A DNA stretch of 64,000 nucleotides, taken from NCBI GenBank assembly GCA_946965045.2, contig OX337238.1:3345955-3409954 (forward strand). The letters run 5' to 3'. A model generated the notes under the pieces. It was given only the letters and a program-made list of their open reading frames with translations, ran no database searches and was not told where the DNA came from. How positions within the stretch are numbered: position 1 is the first letter of the stretch; each line of letters starts with the position of its first letter. This stretch comes from Epithemia pelagica. Lineage: Eukaryota > Protista > Bacillariophyta. This document shows, one piece after another, positions 44,882 through 55,060 of the stretch. Made by a program: the position numbers and the translations under genes.

Positions 44882-47328
44882 TAGATTTACCACCGCATTT
44901 TTGTCGTTGGGGGGCAAAACGATGATGGCCATCTTGACTCTGTGGAGTATTTGGAGAGAAAAGATGACACTTTGTCTACAGTCATTCCCTTTTCGTCTAG
45001 TTGGATCACTCATTCGGAGTTGAGGCTTTCCGAACTTCGAGGTTCATGTGCAATGGTTGCTGTGGGATCGTGTCTGGTGGTGGCGGGTGGACAAGGCCAT
45101 TCAACCGTGGAAGTCTTGGATACGCGCCGCAACCGCGTTTGGAATCTCCCACCATTCGGAAATCGCCGCGATGACTTCAGTATGGCGACTGTTGCCAATC
45201 AAGTTGCCGTGATAAGTGGTTTTGGCAGTCCTACCTGTGCGACATTACCACTACTTGACAAGCATACGTGGTGTTTTCAACGACTCTGTGAGCAGCAGCC
45301 CAACAGATGGTGTCTTTTTGGGGAAGGAATGAATATCCAACATGCTGATATTTCACCCTTCTCCACCTCGACATCAGCTCATAAACGCGCAAGGCCCAAT
45401 ACACGCCGTGGTGATGAAGGGAAGGATGGAACTTGAAATTTGCAACATATTGCATGTATGTCCTAACAATAGCGGAACTTTAGCATTATCATTTTACTCT
45501 CAAACAGTAGTTGGATTGTTTTCTTTATGACATTGCGACCTATAGAGATATAATGTACACTGTTGTACTAGTAGAAAACGAAAGTTACACTATCCTGCAT
45601 TACACCGCAAACAGGAGTGGAGCCAGGCCTTGGATATAGATGCCCATGGTACCATGCCTCTCTGCTGGTGAATGAGTCGAGTTATCTTGCTGTGGAAGAT
45701 TATGGTTGCGTGCCTGAAACACTTGGGCGCAGTGACTCGTTTTGGACGGTCGTCTTCGTTCCGACCATGCGTTCAATTGTGGGGCCCGGTCTTTCTATGG
45801 CCCATGCCTGCGTGTGAGGACAGTACCCCGTCTCTCGGTGCTTGTGGTTTCGGGTGACAGGACATTTGCGATTCCTTTGGAATTTGTGACACCGTCGTGT
45901 GTTCGATATTTTCTCCAATTCGGCAATTTGCTTGCGTCGATCCAGCAATCAGTCTCTCCGTAGTGGCTCGTTGACAGTCCATGGGTATCGGTCCATGGGG
46001 ATCCACAAGAAAAATCACAGTGCGCAAAGTTATGTCTTGCCCTTCAATACCAGTTCCGCCGAAACCATGTTGCACGATTGCGACACTGTCGAACAGCAGT
46101 GTTGGACGTCGACCACTATACAACATTTGTGCCTCGTACAGCGCCAACAAAACCACGACCCGCGCCGATCATGTCTTGGCTGTCGTCTAACAGCAGTGTT
46201 GGACCTCGATCACTACCACAGTTGAGTCTCGTACCGAATCAGCAGTACCAACAACAAAACCACGACCACGAATGCCTCCGATCATGTCTTGGCTGTAGTC
46301 TACTAGAACTTCTTGTTGTTCTTCTGCTTCGTTGGATTCTGGTTGGTTTTGCTGCCTTGTCGTTCCACACCAACAACCAGCTTGAATCTTTGTATGTAGA
46401 CTTGAAAGGGCGATGCGACCCTTTCCCACAATCAATTCTTCACTAGGGAGTCGAATTGCGTTCCGTACTTCGATCCGTAGTACTGGAGGAAGATTCTCGT
46501 TCCCGTCCTAGTGTTCTCCTTTCTTTGTTGTTTGTTACACTAGGACTCCTGTTGCGAATCGAAAACCAAGGGGCGATTTCTAGCTTGTTGCGATGAAAGT
46601 TGTCATTGAGTATGGTGTTCTTCTTTTGTCCAGTGTGACAGCGACAAATGCGGCTTGGTTGTTGTACTTTTGATATGGGATTCCGTCGAGGTTTCTTTCC
46701 TGGCTTGCGCTGTTGCGGCGACACTTGATGCTGCGTTTCATCCAATGGACATTTGGCAATCGGCTGCCACGACCAGGACTTGGTAGTCGACGATACTGGA
46801 CTGGAGGAGCACTTCCCACATACAAGTCCAACGCCAAAAGAGAGACACGTCTTCACACCGTCGTCAGATCGGTCCATGGAGATCCACAATAACAGTTTGC
46901 AGAGTACAAAGTATAGCCACTTTCCCATGGCACTATCACGGAGGAAGGAAAAAAAGACCATGGCTGTGCTGCGGCATCCCCACCCACCACCTCGTGTCCA
47001 AGTATGGCTTGCTGGATTGTCCATGCGAGCAAACAAACGGCAAACATCTGGATTCTAAATGACAGCACTTGTGGTGCATACATGAGTATAACACTTTGGT
47101 CCTCCACTGTTGCACGTCTAGTGGAGGAGGACAATCTTTGTTAAAAAAAGCACAATAGTGGCCGTATGGTGCTGATTGCTGATTTTATCGTTTCAATGGA
47201 TCTTAAAGCGATCCAAAGAAGACGAATGCAGGCGTCTGCTGTGAGCTAATGCAACACGGGAAGCGAGTCAGAATGGGATGAATGACATGTTCCTTCTGGT
47301 CCATCATGTCGTCAGATTCTTGTGTTTG

Positions 47329-47364
47329 GTACTTGTACTTGTACTTGTACTTGTACTTGTACTT
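47329..47364. repeat. (GTACTT)6 microsatellite
   Basis: Six tandem hexamers; paralogous flanks near 7120 and 24055 have a single copy. Confidence 0.9.
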
Positions 47365-47706
47365 GTGGCCTTGCTTCCTTCACTATATACCTGATGAGTG
47401 ATGCCCACTCACATCATTGGATCAAGAGAGGACCACTATGTTGGATTGTCGATCTGTGGACCTCTTCGTCATAGGAGGACCTCTTCATCACAGATTGGGA
47501 TGTCGATCTCTCTCCCTCTCGTCTCGTCGTAAAAGATACCTTTTCTTGGGGTCATGAAATCTATGTGCGATTGATTGCCCTTCATCATCGTACGCAGGAC
47601 AGGCACAACTTTCCTGTCTCCACACATCACTCTCTCTCCTCTCCTCGCTGCGAAAGCTCAATTGCAAAGCTGTCATTGCTCGTCGACGTTGTCAAGCGCC
47701 GTGACC

Positions 47707-48915
47707 ATGACAACGACACTGCAAAAGCAAGCATGGCAGTCGGGCCTTGTCCTGTTAGACGAGACACCTGAATGGAATTTCGAGCACTGGCCTCCTCTTG
47801 AAGGTGATTGGCGTTCTCGTCATGCTTCGGTCGTGCTGAATCGTACCGATAACAACAAGGAACAAACCGTCGTCGTGTTGGGAGGATATCGAACAGGCCA
47901 AGGCGAGCTAGATTCCATTCTTGTAATGAATTTAGCGGAATCAAACAAGCAGTGGCGAGAAGGGCCGTCCATGGACAAGAAACGTGGGCATCATGCCGCT
48001 GTTGTGTGCAATGGCGGCGTCTACGTGATGGGAGGATACTCTGAAGGTTCATGTTTGAATTGTATCGAACGAATTGATGCCAATTATTTGCTGCAATCAT
48101 CTTTGACAACCAGCATCACACACGAGATGAACTGGACGACATTGAATTGTCGCTTATCAACGCCACGATCAGGATGTTGTGCTGTCGCGGTTCACAACCG
48201 ATACATCGTTGTAATGGGTGGCTACAACGGTCGTTATTTGTCATCGGTGGATATTATTGATACCAGGAACCACACTGTCTCTGTGGGACCATCCATGAAT
48301 GTTCCTCGATTTTGTTGTGCCAGTGCTGTTATTGGACACCGCATCTTTGTCGTTGGAGGTTGGAACGAGCATGGTCGTGTTGACAAGGTGGAGTATTTGT
48401 ACTATGCAACACCCTGTGACAGTGATGTGACAAAAAAGGAGATAGGCTTGACATTCATTTCTTTCTCACCCACCTGGACCACTCATTTGGAGTTGAGGCT
48501 TTCCAATGCACGAAGATCTTGTGCAGTGGTTGCCGTGGGATCTTGTCTGGTTGTGGCGGGAGGATGGGGTTCAACCGTGGAAGTGTTGGATACGAACCGC
48601 AACCTCGTATGGAATCTTCCACCATTCGGAAATGTCCACAATCATCGCGAAGGCTGCAATATGGTGACTGTTGCCAATCAACTTGCCGTGATTGGTGGGT
48701 GGAGCAATTCGACCTGTGCGACATTACCGTTAATGGACAAGAATTCGTGGTGTTTTTGCCGTCTCTGTGAGCAGCAATCGAACGGATGGTATTATTCTCT
48801 TAAAGGTATGGGTATCCGAGATGCTGATATCTCACCCTTTTTCACCTCGGCATCAGCTCGTAAACGAGCAAGGACCAATACATGCCAAAAAGATAGAGGG
48901 CATGATGAAACTTAG
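47707..48915 (+). CDS. Kelch-repeat protein K7
   Basis: Intact six-blade ORF; ATG at 47707. Confidence 0.9.
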   Translation: MTTTLQKQAWQSGLVLLDETPEWNFEHWPPLEGDWRSRHASVVLNRTDNNKEQTVVVLGGYRTGQGELDSILVMNLAESNKQWREGPSMDKKRGHHAAVVCNGGVYVMGGYSEGSCLNCIERIDANYLLQSSLTTSITHEMNWTTLNCRLSTPRSGCCAVAVHNRYIVVMGGYNGRYLSSVDIIDTRNHTVSVGPSMNVPRFCCASAVIGHRIFVVGGWNEHGRVDKVEYLYYATPCDSDVTKKEIGLTFISFSPTWTTHLELRLSNARRSCAVVAVGSCLVVAGGWGSTVEVLDTNRNLVWNLPPFGNVHNHREGCNMVTVANQLAVIGGWSNSTCATLPLMDKNSWCFCRLCEQQSNGWYYSLKGMGIRDADISPFFTSASARKRARTNTCQKDRGHDET

Positions 48916-49221
48916 CCATTTATTTCTCGAGTGGTGGACTTGTTTTCTACATTCGATTGCAATCCTAGAACCTAGTATTAAGTGTTTACTCAAAAGTAGA
49001 AAGAACATGTTTCAAGAAAGAAGGTGCTTGTTTGTGTACCTATACAAGTAGTACTACGCTTTGGCCAATACCTGTTACCTGGAGGTTATGGGACATTGCC
49101 ACCACTGTGACTGTGCAGTCGGGAGACCAGAATCGGGTACTTTGTGGTGGCATCATGGCTCTCTAAATAACACAGAGCGTCGTCCATGGATTGGTAGCTG
49201 CGGCAGGGAGACCACCAACCG

Positions 49222-50200
49222 ATGAGAGGAAGATGAACAGAAGCACGCCAAGCCGAAACCTTGTTGGACCTGATGTTGTCCGCTTCTAATGGTCCTTCCT
49301 CGAAAGATGACAATGGGTCGAGTTTGGATAGAAGTAAGGAGGGAGGACCGTATCATATCCAATTCCGACATGATGGCCAAGAACAGGTTGTCCCTTTCAG
49401 GGGAGTCTCCACGCTCCAATCGCAATGCCTTCTTCCACCTGCTGTTGCATGTGAATCGCAATACGTTGCTGCACTTGTCATGTGATGTCAAGCCGGAATG
49501 GCCAAATGAAGATGACGAGTCCAAGAGGAACCCACCAAATCGAATCGAGGGTCGTGCCAATTGTCGCAATGGACAAGAACGAAAACAAGGAATCGAGTCT
49601 CGACATTGCGACGAGACAGACAGGACACCTCCCCCCACAACTACTTTCTGTCGCAGCATTGCTCGTTCAATTGCTCATGTCTGGAAACAAGCCGCTCCCC
49701 ATCGCAATGTCTTGCCCCTCAATGCCAGTTCCGTCGAAACCTTGTTGCACAATTACGACAACACTGTCGAACAGCATCAGTGTTGGACCTCGACCACTAC
49801 ATCCTTTGTGCCGCGCACCGAACTCAGCTGCAGCACCAACAACACAACCACGACAACGAATGCCGCAGGTCATGTCTTGGCCATTATGGAAGCCTTGCCA
49901 CCCCCACCGTATAAATGGATGGTCGTGTTGGAACACGAGTCGCCCGAGGCGGTTGTGTGGTCGAATGGTTTTGCTCGTCGGTGTCGGAATGGCGAAATTC
50001 GTGTGTCTGCTTCTTGTTTATCGTGGAATCGCCCGACCATCTGTGGCTCGCTTATCACACTGATCGGGTGGAAAGTGGGTCGCTTCGACCTTTGGTGCAA
50101 TCACCACAACGCTGTCCCTGGTGTGCACCAGACACCAACACGCTATGTATCAACCATTCATGTGTGTGGCTTCTGTGGTCGCCCCAGCCAATCCTGTTAG
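49222..50200 (+). pseudogene. Unknown gene family copy (duplicate of 26002-26980)
   Basis: Near-identical to the copy at 26002-26980 at an offset of 23220. Confidence 0.45.
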
Positions 50201-50744
50201 TATCAAAAGTATAGCTCATTGTAAACTAATACATTGTCACCCGTGTTGTGGATTTGATGGTTCTTGTTGTCGTCCTTGTTTGGACTTTGGACCATGGGTC
50301 GATGGTCGACTTGTATGCAAGCACAAAAGCAGCAGAGTGTCAGGAATGATTGATGCTTTTCCACTTTCCTCATCCTCCTCTTGAGAAGAACGGCTATTGT
50401 TTCCGTTGAAAATTGTAGTGGGTCGCTGGATTCCTCGATTCTCGTGTATTGTAGTCTCCAGGGAGCGACGGCTCCAGACAGCGGCCACCTCCATGGCCAT
50501 TTGTTGTGTTTGTGGTGTCACTGGTCAGAATGACTCCCCATCGAGAGCTTTCGTATCTTCTGGGAGATGGGGTAATCCTGAGCAGGTCGCTACCTTACCA
50601 GTCAGATACTGACTGTGACCTATAGGAGTTACCGAACGCTTTTTCTGAATAAAGAACACTCTAGCGACAAAAGATGATATACTGACTGCTAGTACTATTA
50701 AAACCCACCACCACCCGGTTCTTAACCGCTACATATTTGTACTG

Positions 50745-51683
50745 CTAGTCATCTTCCACTTCGATCTGAAACACTTTCGCCTCACCATTTTCAATCTTCA
50801 TCTGAACCAGATTCACCACTGCTCCAAACACCTTGTGATGCCCATCCAGATCTCCTCTGTATTTTTCCTTTAAGATATTGTAATGTTTCAGTAAATTGTT
50901 GACAGTTTCATGTCTCGCCCTGGCGTCAGCCATCATCTTGTCTTGATAGTCATTTCTTCCAGTAGGTGTGACAAAGTAGCATCCAGAATCGTTGTAACCA
51001 CCATCAGCAATCACTTTCTCATTCGGTAGTAGCTCTTGAACAAGCCAGTCTCTGGCAATCCGTAGGTCTGGCCAAGCGCCACAAGGGAATGCACCATTCC
51101 ACCACACTATCCAGCCAGTTTTCAGGCAGATTCCCACCTCATACCTCACACCTGCTCCCTTAAACTTGTGCGAGTACCATTTTGGATCAAAAGGTGACGG
51201 CTCCAAAATCCTGAAGTCAGTACCATCCAAACTAATGAAACAGACCTGTCCAGGTACACAACAATCAAACCTATTTTCCCATGCAATCTGTTATAAGAAC
51301 AACAGCAATGGTCAGACATGAGGAGGACGACTTCATGGCAGATTCATGTAGGGCCGTGTACTTACATAATTAAGACCACTATACAACAAATTTACAAACA
51401 CTTTGACCCATTTCCTGTAGGTCTTCCTCGTTGTTTTGGCTATTGAGACCATAACATCCTCTGTAGCATAGACTTTCAGAAAAGCCAGTGTCCACAACAA
51501 ATGACGAGGCGATGCACCTTTGGGCAATGAACTGTCGAGTTCATCCCACACATGAACACAGAGCAAAGGAGACATTCCAAAGTAAGAACGAAAAGCACGT
51601 GAGAAATCAAGTGAGTGTGAGTGTCTTGCTCTACCAAGCATTGGCAGAGCCGAGTTGATGAATGTTCGTTGTGTCACCAACAT
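50745..51683 (-). CDS. Harbinger DDE transposase (exons 51683-51366 and 51287-50745)
   Basis: A 78-bp GTAAG...CAG intron joins ...SGLNY|IAWENRF...SLDGTDFRI in frame. The catalytic triad lies in DGTD, ADGGY and HETVN. Confidence 0.88.
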
Positions 51684-52021
51684 GGTGGGAGAAAACCGCT
51701 TAGGAAAATTTATGTTTGCTCAGTGTGTGTCGCAATGCTGACCACACCTTTACTCTGATTTCGGTCTGTCTGTGTGTAGTACTGTCAGTTCATTGGAACA
51801 GGTTTTTTGGAATTTCATCACGTTCATTTGATTGGCTGGTCAGTTGAGCAGCGACACTAAACTTTGTACTGTTCTACATATAGTGACCAATTCAAATTCG
51901 TGTCCGGTCATTGGAACCGGCCTGGAACGGTGCAGAAATCGATTCAAAAATCGTTTTCATTCAAAAACTGGAATTTCTGAATGGCCCTACCTCGCCAACA
52001 TCCTATTACTTTCTACATCTT

Positions 52022-52246
52022 AAGCGACCCACATATTGCCCTTATCTTGGGTTAACTGTGGGTCGCTTGATTATATCATTTGAACCACTAGAAAGTGTCC
52101 TGGGTCGGTTTTGAAAAAACGACCTGGCTCGAAAAAATCGACCCAGCTCGTTTTTTTAAAACCGACCCAGGACACCTTATAAGTGCCCAATTCACTTGGA
52201 CGAACGACCCACGGTTGACCCAAGGTAAGGGCAATACGTGGGTCGC
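52022..52246. repeat. Nested palindrome between the two divergent transposon genes
   Basis: 28-bp arms at 52095-52122 / 52148-52175 with 1 mismatch, flanked by two mutually inverted hairpin units at 52022-52068 and 52205-52245. Confidence 0.85.
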
Positions 52247-52439
52247 ACTACTTTCAGAATTGGAGCCAAATTGGGCATGGCCTCCTCGATTGAAAAATGG
52301 AGTCCATGATGAAAACCGACCCAGTCCGGATTTTGGTGAACTGTTTTTAGGGTCATAATTAGTTTTCGTGCGAACAGACCAGTCTGGTTTTGCACTCCCT
52401 CGCGCTTTTGTTTTACGTACTAATAGTACCTATACTCCG

Positions 52440-53512
52440 ATGACCAGGTCTGGCCGCAACACTTTGGGCGAGGGTGCCCTACTTTCGTGGAATTCGAAGT
52501 CAACAGATGCCGAATTCCTTGACAAAATCGTGTCAGAAGGCTTGATTCTGGAGAGCGCCACACCCAAATCTGTGTGGTTGGAACACGCTGTTTTCCAAAA
52601 GTACAAATTGGAATCATTCAGGTCGGCACTCAACAAAGCCAAAAGAAAATACCAACTCCACTTGAAGGATCAACATGAGAGAGAGACTGGTCATGAGTTG
52701 TTGGGTCGTGGTGAGACGGCCCCATCTATGGATGGAAAGGTAAGGAACCCCAATGATGGAGATCTCAAACCAGCTCCTTCTTTGTTTGGGTCGTCCAAAG
52801 GACAAGGTAAGTGCAAGTGTACACTGTTTGTTTGATTGTTGAGTCACTGTCCTTACCTGTTGTGGTTTATTGTCTTTTATGACCAGGTGTTACTGCCAAG
52901 GTCGCTCCTGAGTCCGTCGTCAGTGACGATGCTATGGTGAAGAAAAGGGCGGCAGCATCCATGCCATTACAGGAGACACTACAGGTACAACTACAACAAA
53001 AGAGGAAAAAGACGAATGAAGAAGACAGTGGTAATGACATGATGAGGAATTGGGAGCCTCCTCATGTCTTGACACAGTGGGTCGACGACAAGAAACAGCG
53101 TCATTTGGTGATTTTGGTGGTGTTGCCTACAGGTATTGCACATGAAGACACAACAAATTGCTTGATTGAAGTGGATCCGAGCCAGCTACAGGTACATGTG
53201 AAGGTAATTTGGCCTGACAACGCAACTCATATCCATTATCTAACCCAACACATGCACAGAGAGTGGCATGTCGAGGAGAAAAACCTACGAATGAAACTTG
53301 CTTTGGAAGACGCCATGAATCAGATGCGAAAAAGAGAAACAGACTTTGTCAGGTCAAAGTTTTCTCTTTCTCTTCCTTTCATGGTCCAAAGCAGGTTCGA
53401 CTACGAATTTATGTACGACACAACAAACGGATTCAGAGCGTTGTTGATTTCCCTACATGAGCCGGACGCACAATTTGAAGGCGGCATGAAGCACAAGATG
53501 GTGCGTCTGTAA
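52440..53512 (+). CDS. Harbinger ORF2 (exons 52440-52806 and 52887-53512)
   Basis: A phase-1 GTAAGT...CAG intron joins the two ORFs into ~330 aa. The N-terminal W...L..G.I...PK.V...F..Y...F...L region is a plausible DNA-binding helix bundle. Confidence 0.75.
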
Positions 53513-54104
53513 ATTAATGTAGTATGATTTGGGGCGGTTGCAAAAACCGGGTGGTGGTGGGCCTAAATCTTTCTATTAGTTCTCTATTTGTCCATGTTCA
53601 TAGTTTATGCTATAGTACATCGATTAAGCGTTCTGGTCGTGTTCCGTTTTGTAGTCAGACTTTGCCTGGAATGACAGCGAGCTGCTCAGGATTACCCCAG
53701 CTCCCTGGGATTTGAATTCTGTTTGCTTCAAGAGATTCGAACGTGCGGGCTCCAGATCGCGCGGGATTTTGGACGAAGTGCTCCTTTGGTCTGCTAGCCG
53801 TGCTACCTTGTAGCTATGAGGTGTGATTTTCGGAGGGCAAAAGTAACGCTATAATCTATGGCACATTTAGTATGACAAAACCTGTGGTTGTTGTCCATCT
53901 AAAAGTTTGTACCATCCATGAGAGCTGGCTACATGACACTCTTTGTACCCACCTTGGAATGTGGTTGTTTGTATTCGGACTTGGTTTGTAACAAGCAAAA
54001 GCTATGCTGTTCCATCCATCAGGACGCGACATACACCTCTTGTTTTGGAACCTGACTCCTCGTTGTCATAGCGACGGTCATGATATTGCATGCGTACCAA
54101 ATGG

Positions 54105-55060
54105 TCAGTCATTCTTGGAAGGTTTGCGTCGTTTCCTTTGCCTAGGCAAAGGATCAGGCAAAGGATCCTGGTGCGAGGTATAATCTTCGTTGCACCGGCG
54201 CTCTCGTGTAGTTGAGAGAGCGTGTTCCTGATGGATTTTGAAATAAGAGATCACCTCTTTTGCGACCTCTGCCATGTTACCAACCAACTGTTTGTATCTG
54301 GAATCTGTTGCGTTCAAGTCCGCATAGCAACAACAACCAGGCAACCGCTTAGGTCCAGTTCAAGAAGTCACACATGAATTTTTCCTACCGGTGTTGTCGG
54401 GAAACACTTACCATAGACATTTTCGCCACCAATGGTACACCTATGTATGGACAGTAGTTTGGCTGGAAACAAACCAATGAAATCATTGATCCATTCGCTC
54501 GCATCCCGAGTACAAATTGCCGGTGTTGACGCACTCGCTGTTGCGCGACAAGGTGGAAGAACCTATTGGCATCCTGGGAAGGCGTCCACTACCACTGGAC
54601 TGAGAATCGAATGTGGGCAAGCCATTTCATCCCGAGATAATGCACAGAGAAGTTCAGCAATCGGCCATTTCTTTTGGACATAATGTGTAGTTGTCACACA
54701 CACAACCACTCCTGCTGTTAATACATGCGTCAACATGGTCACTTCCGGATCTGGCTGTTTTCCGCGCTTCATGGTTTTCTCTGCCACAAAGATATTGAGT
54801 GTGTTGCCGCCACCAGCTGCGATTTGCAACTGATCCTCCAAACTGGTGACGTAGTCAAACTCACGTTCTTTCCGAACTTCCCCAGCAAAAGAAATGAAAA
54901 TGTCGTGTTCCGGTTTCTGGTTTTCAGAAGGAAGCTTGCCAAGCATCATCTTTGCCACCTCAATTCCAAATCTCAAAATTTCTTGAAGCTTCTCTTTCTG
55001 GTGATCAGACAAGTTTGTCAGCGCCGCTGCCCCAGATATCTTAAGTCGTATCCCATTGAT
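54105..55060 (-). pseudogene. LRR-TIR gene, copy 3 (5'-truncated: TIR plus end of the helical segment only)
   Basis: HDIFISFAGEVRKEREFDYV...KKWPIAELLCAL. Homology to copy 1 ends at about 55060, where Kelch 3'-end DNA begins. Confidence 0.8.

Larger units (their letters stand above)
43588..44890. mobile_element. Unclassified insertion B (about 730 bp without the nested MITE) with terminal rod-like hairpin
   Basis: Interrupts a Kelch blade cleanly with no TSD or TIR seen. It has a small hairpin CCCACTC/GAGTGGG near the left end and a large fold-back at 44101-44310. Confidence 0.7.
42957..45436 (+). pseudogene. Kelch gene K6, frameshifted and split by an insertion
   Basis: A 1-bp loss near 42990 (cagcgggc vs cagtcgggc). 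Coding stops at ...gtcattgg (43587) and resumes at caccgcattt (44891), the consecutive motif IG|HRIFVVGG. Confidence 0.9.
50563..53704. mobile_element. PIF/Harbinger DNA transposon
   Basis: TIRs of about 29 bp (GGAGATGGGGTAATCCTGAGCAG... / ...CTGCTCAGGATTACCCCAGCTCC) and a 3-bp TSD CTG (50560-50562, 53705-53707). The empty site tcttctgggatttga is visible in the paralogous region near 27336-27350. Confidence 0.95.

Noticed and set aside
43588-44890. Insertion B as a spliceable Introner or a canonical Helitron
   Set aside because: No GT/GC-AG pair restores the Kelch frame. There is no 5'-TC / CTRR-3' terminus or A|T target on either strand.
47390-47415. Hammerhead core at ctgatgagtgatgcccactc (also near 3308 and 7151)
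   Set aside because: There is no GAAA after stem II, and the motif is not conserved among paralogous flanks.
31517-48915. Diversity-generating retroelement acting on the Kelch genes
   Set aside because: The RT belongs to a complete non-LTR element with its own TSD. No template/variable repeat pair or adenine-restricted variation was seen.
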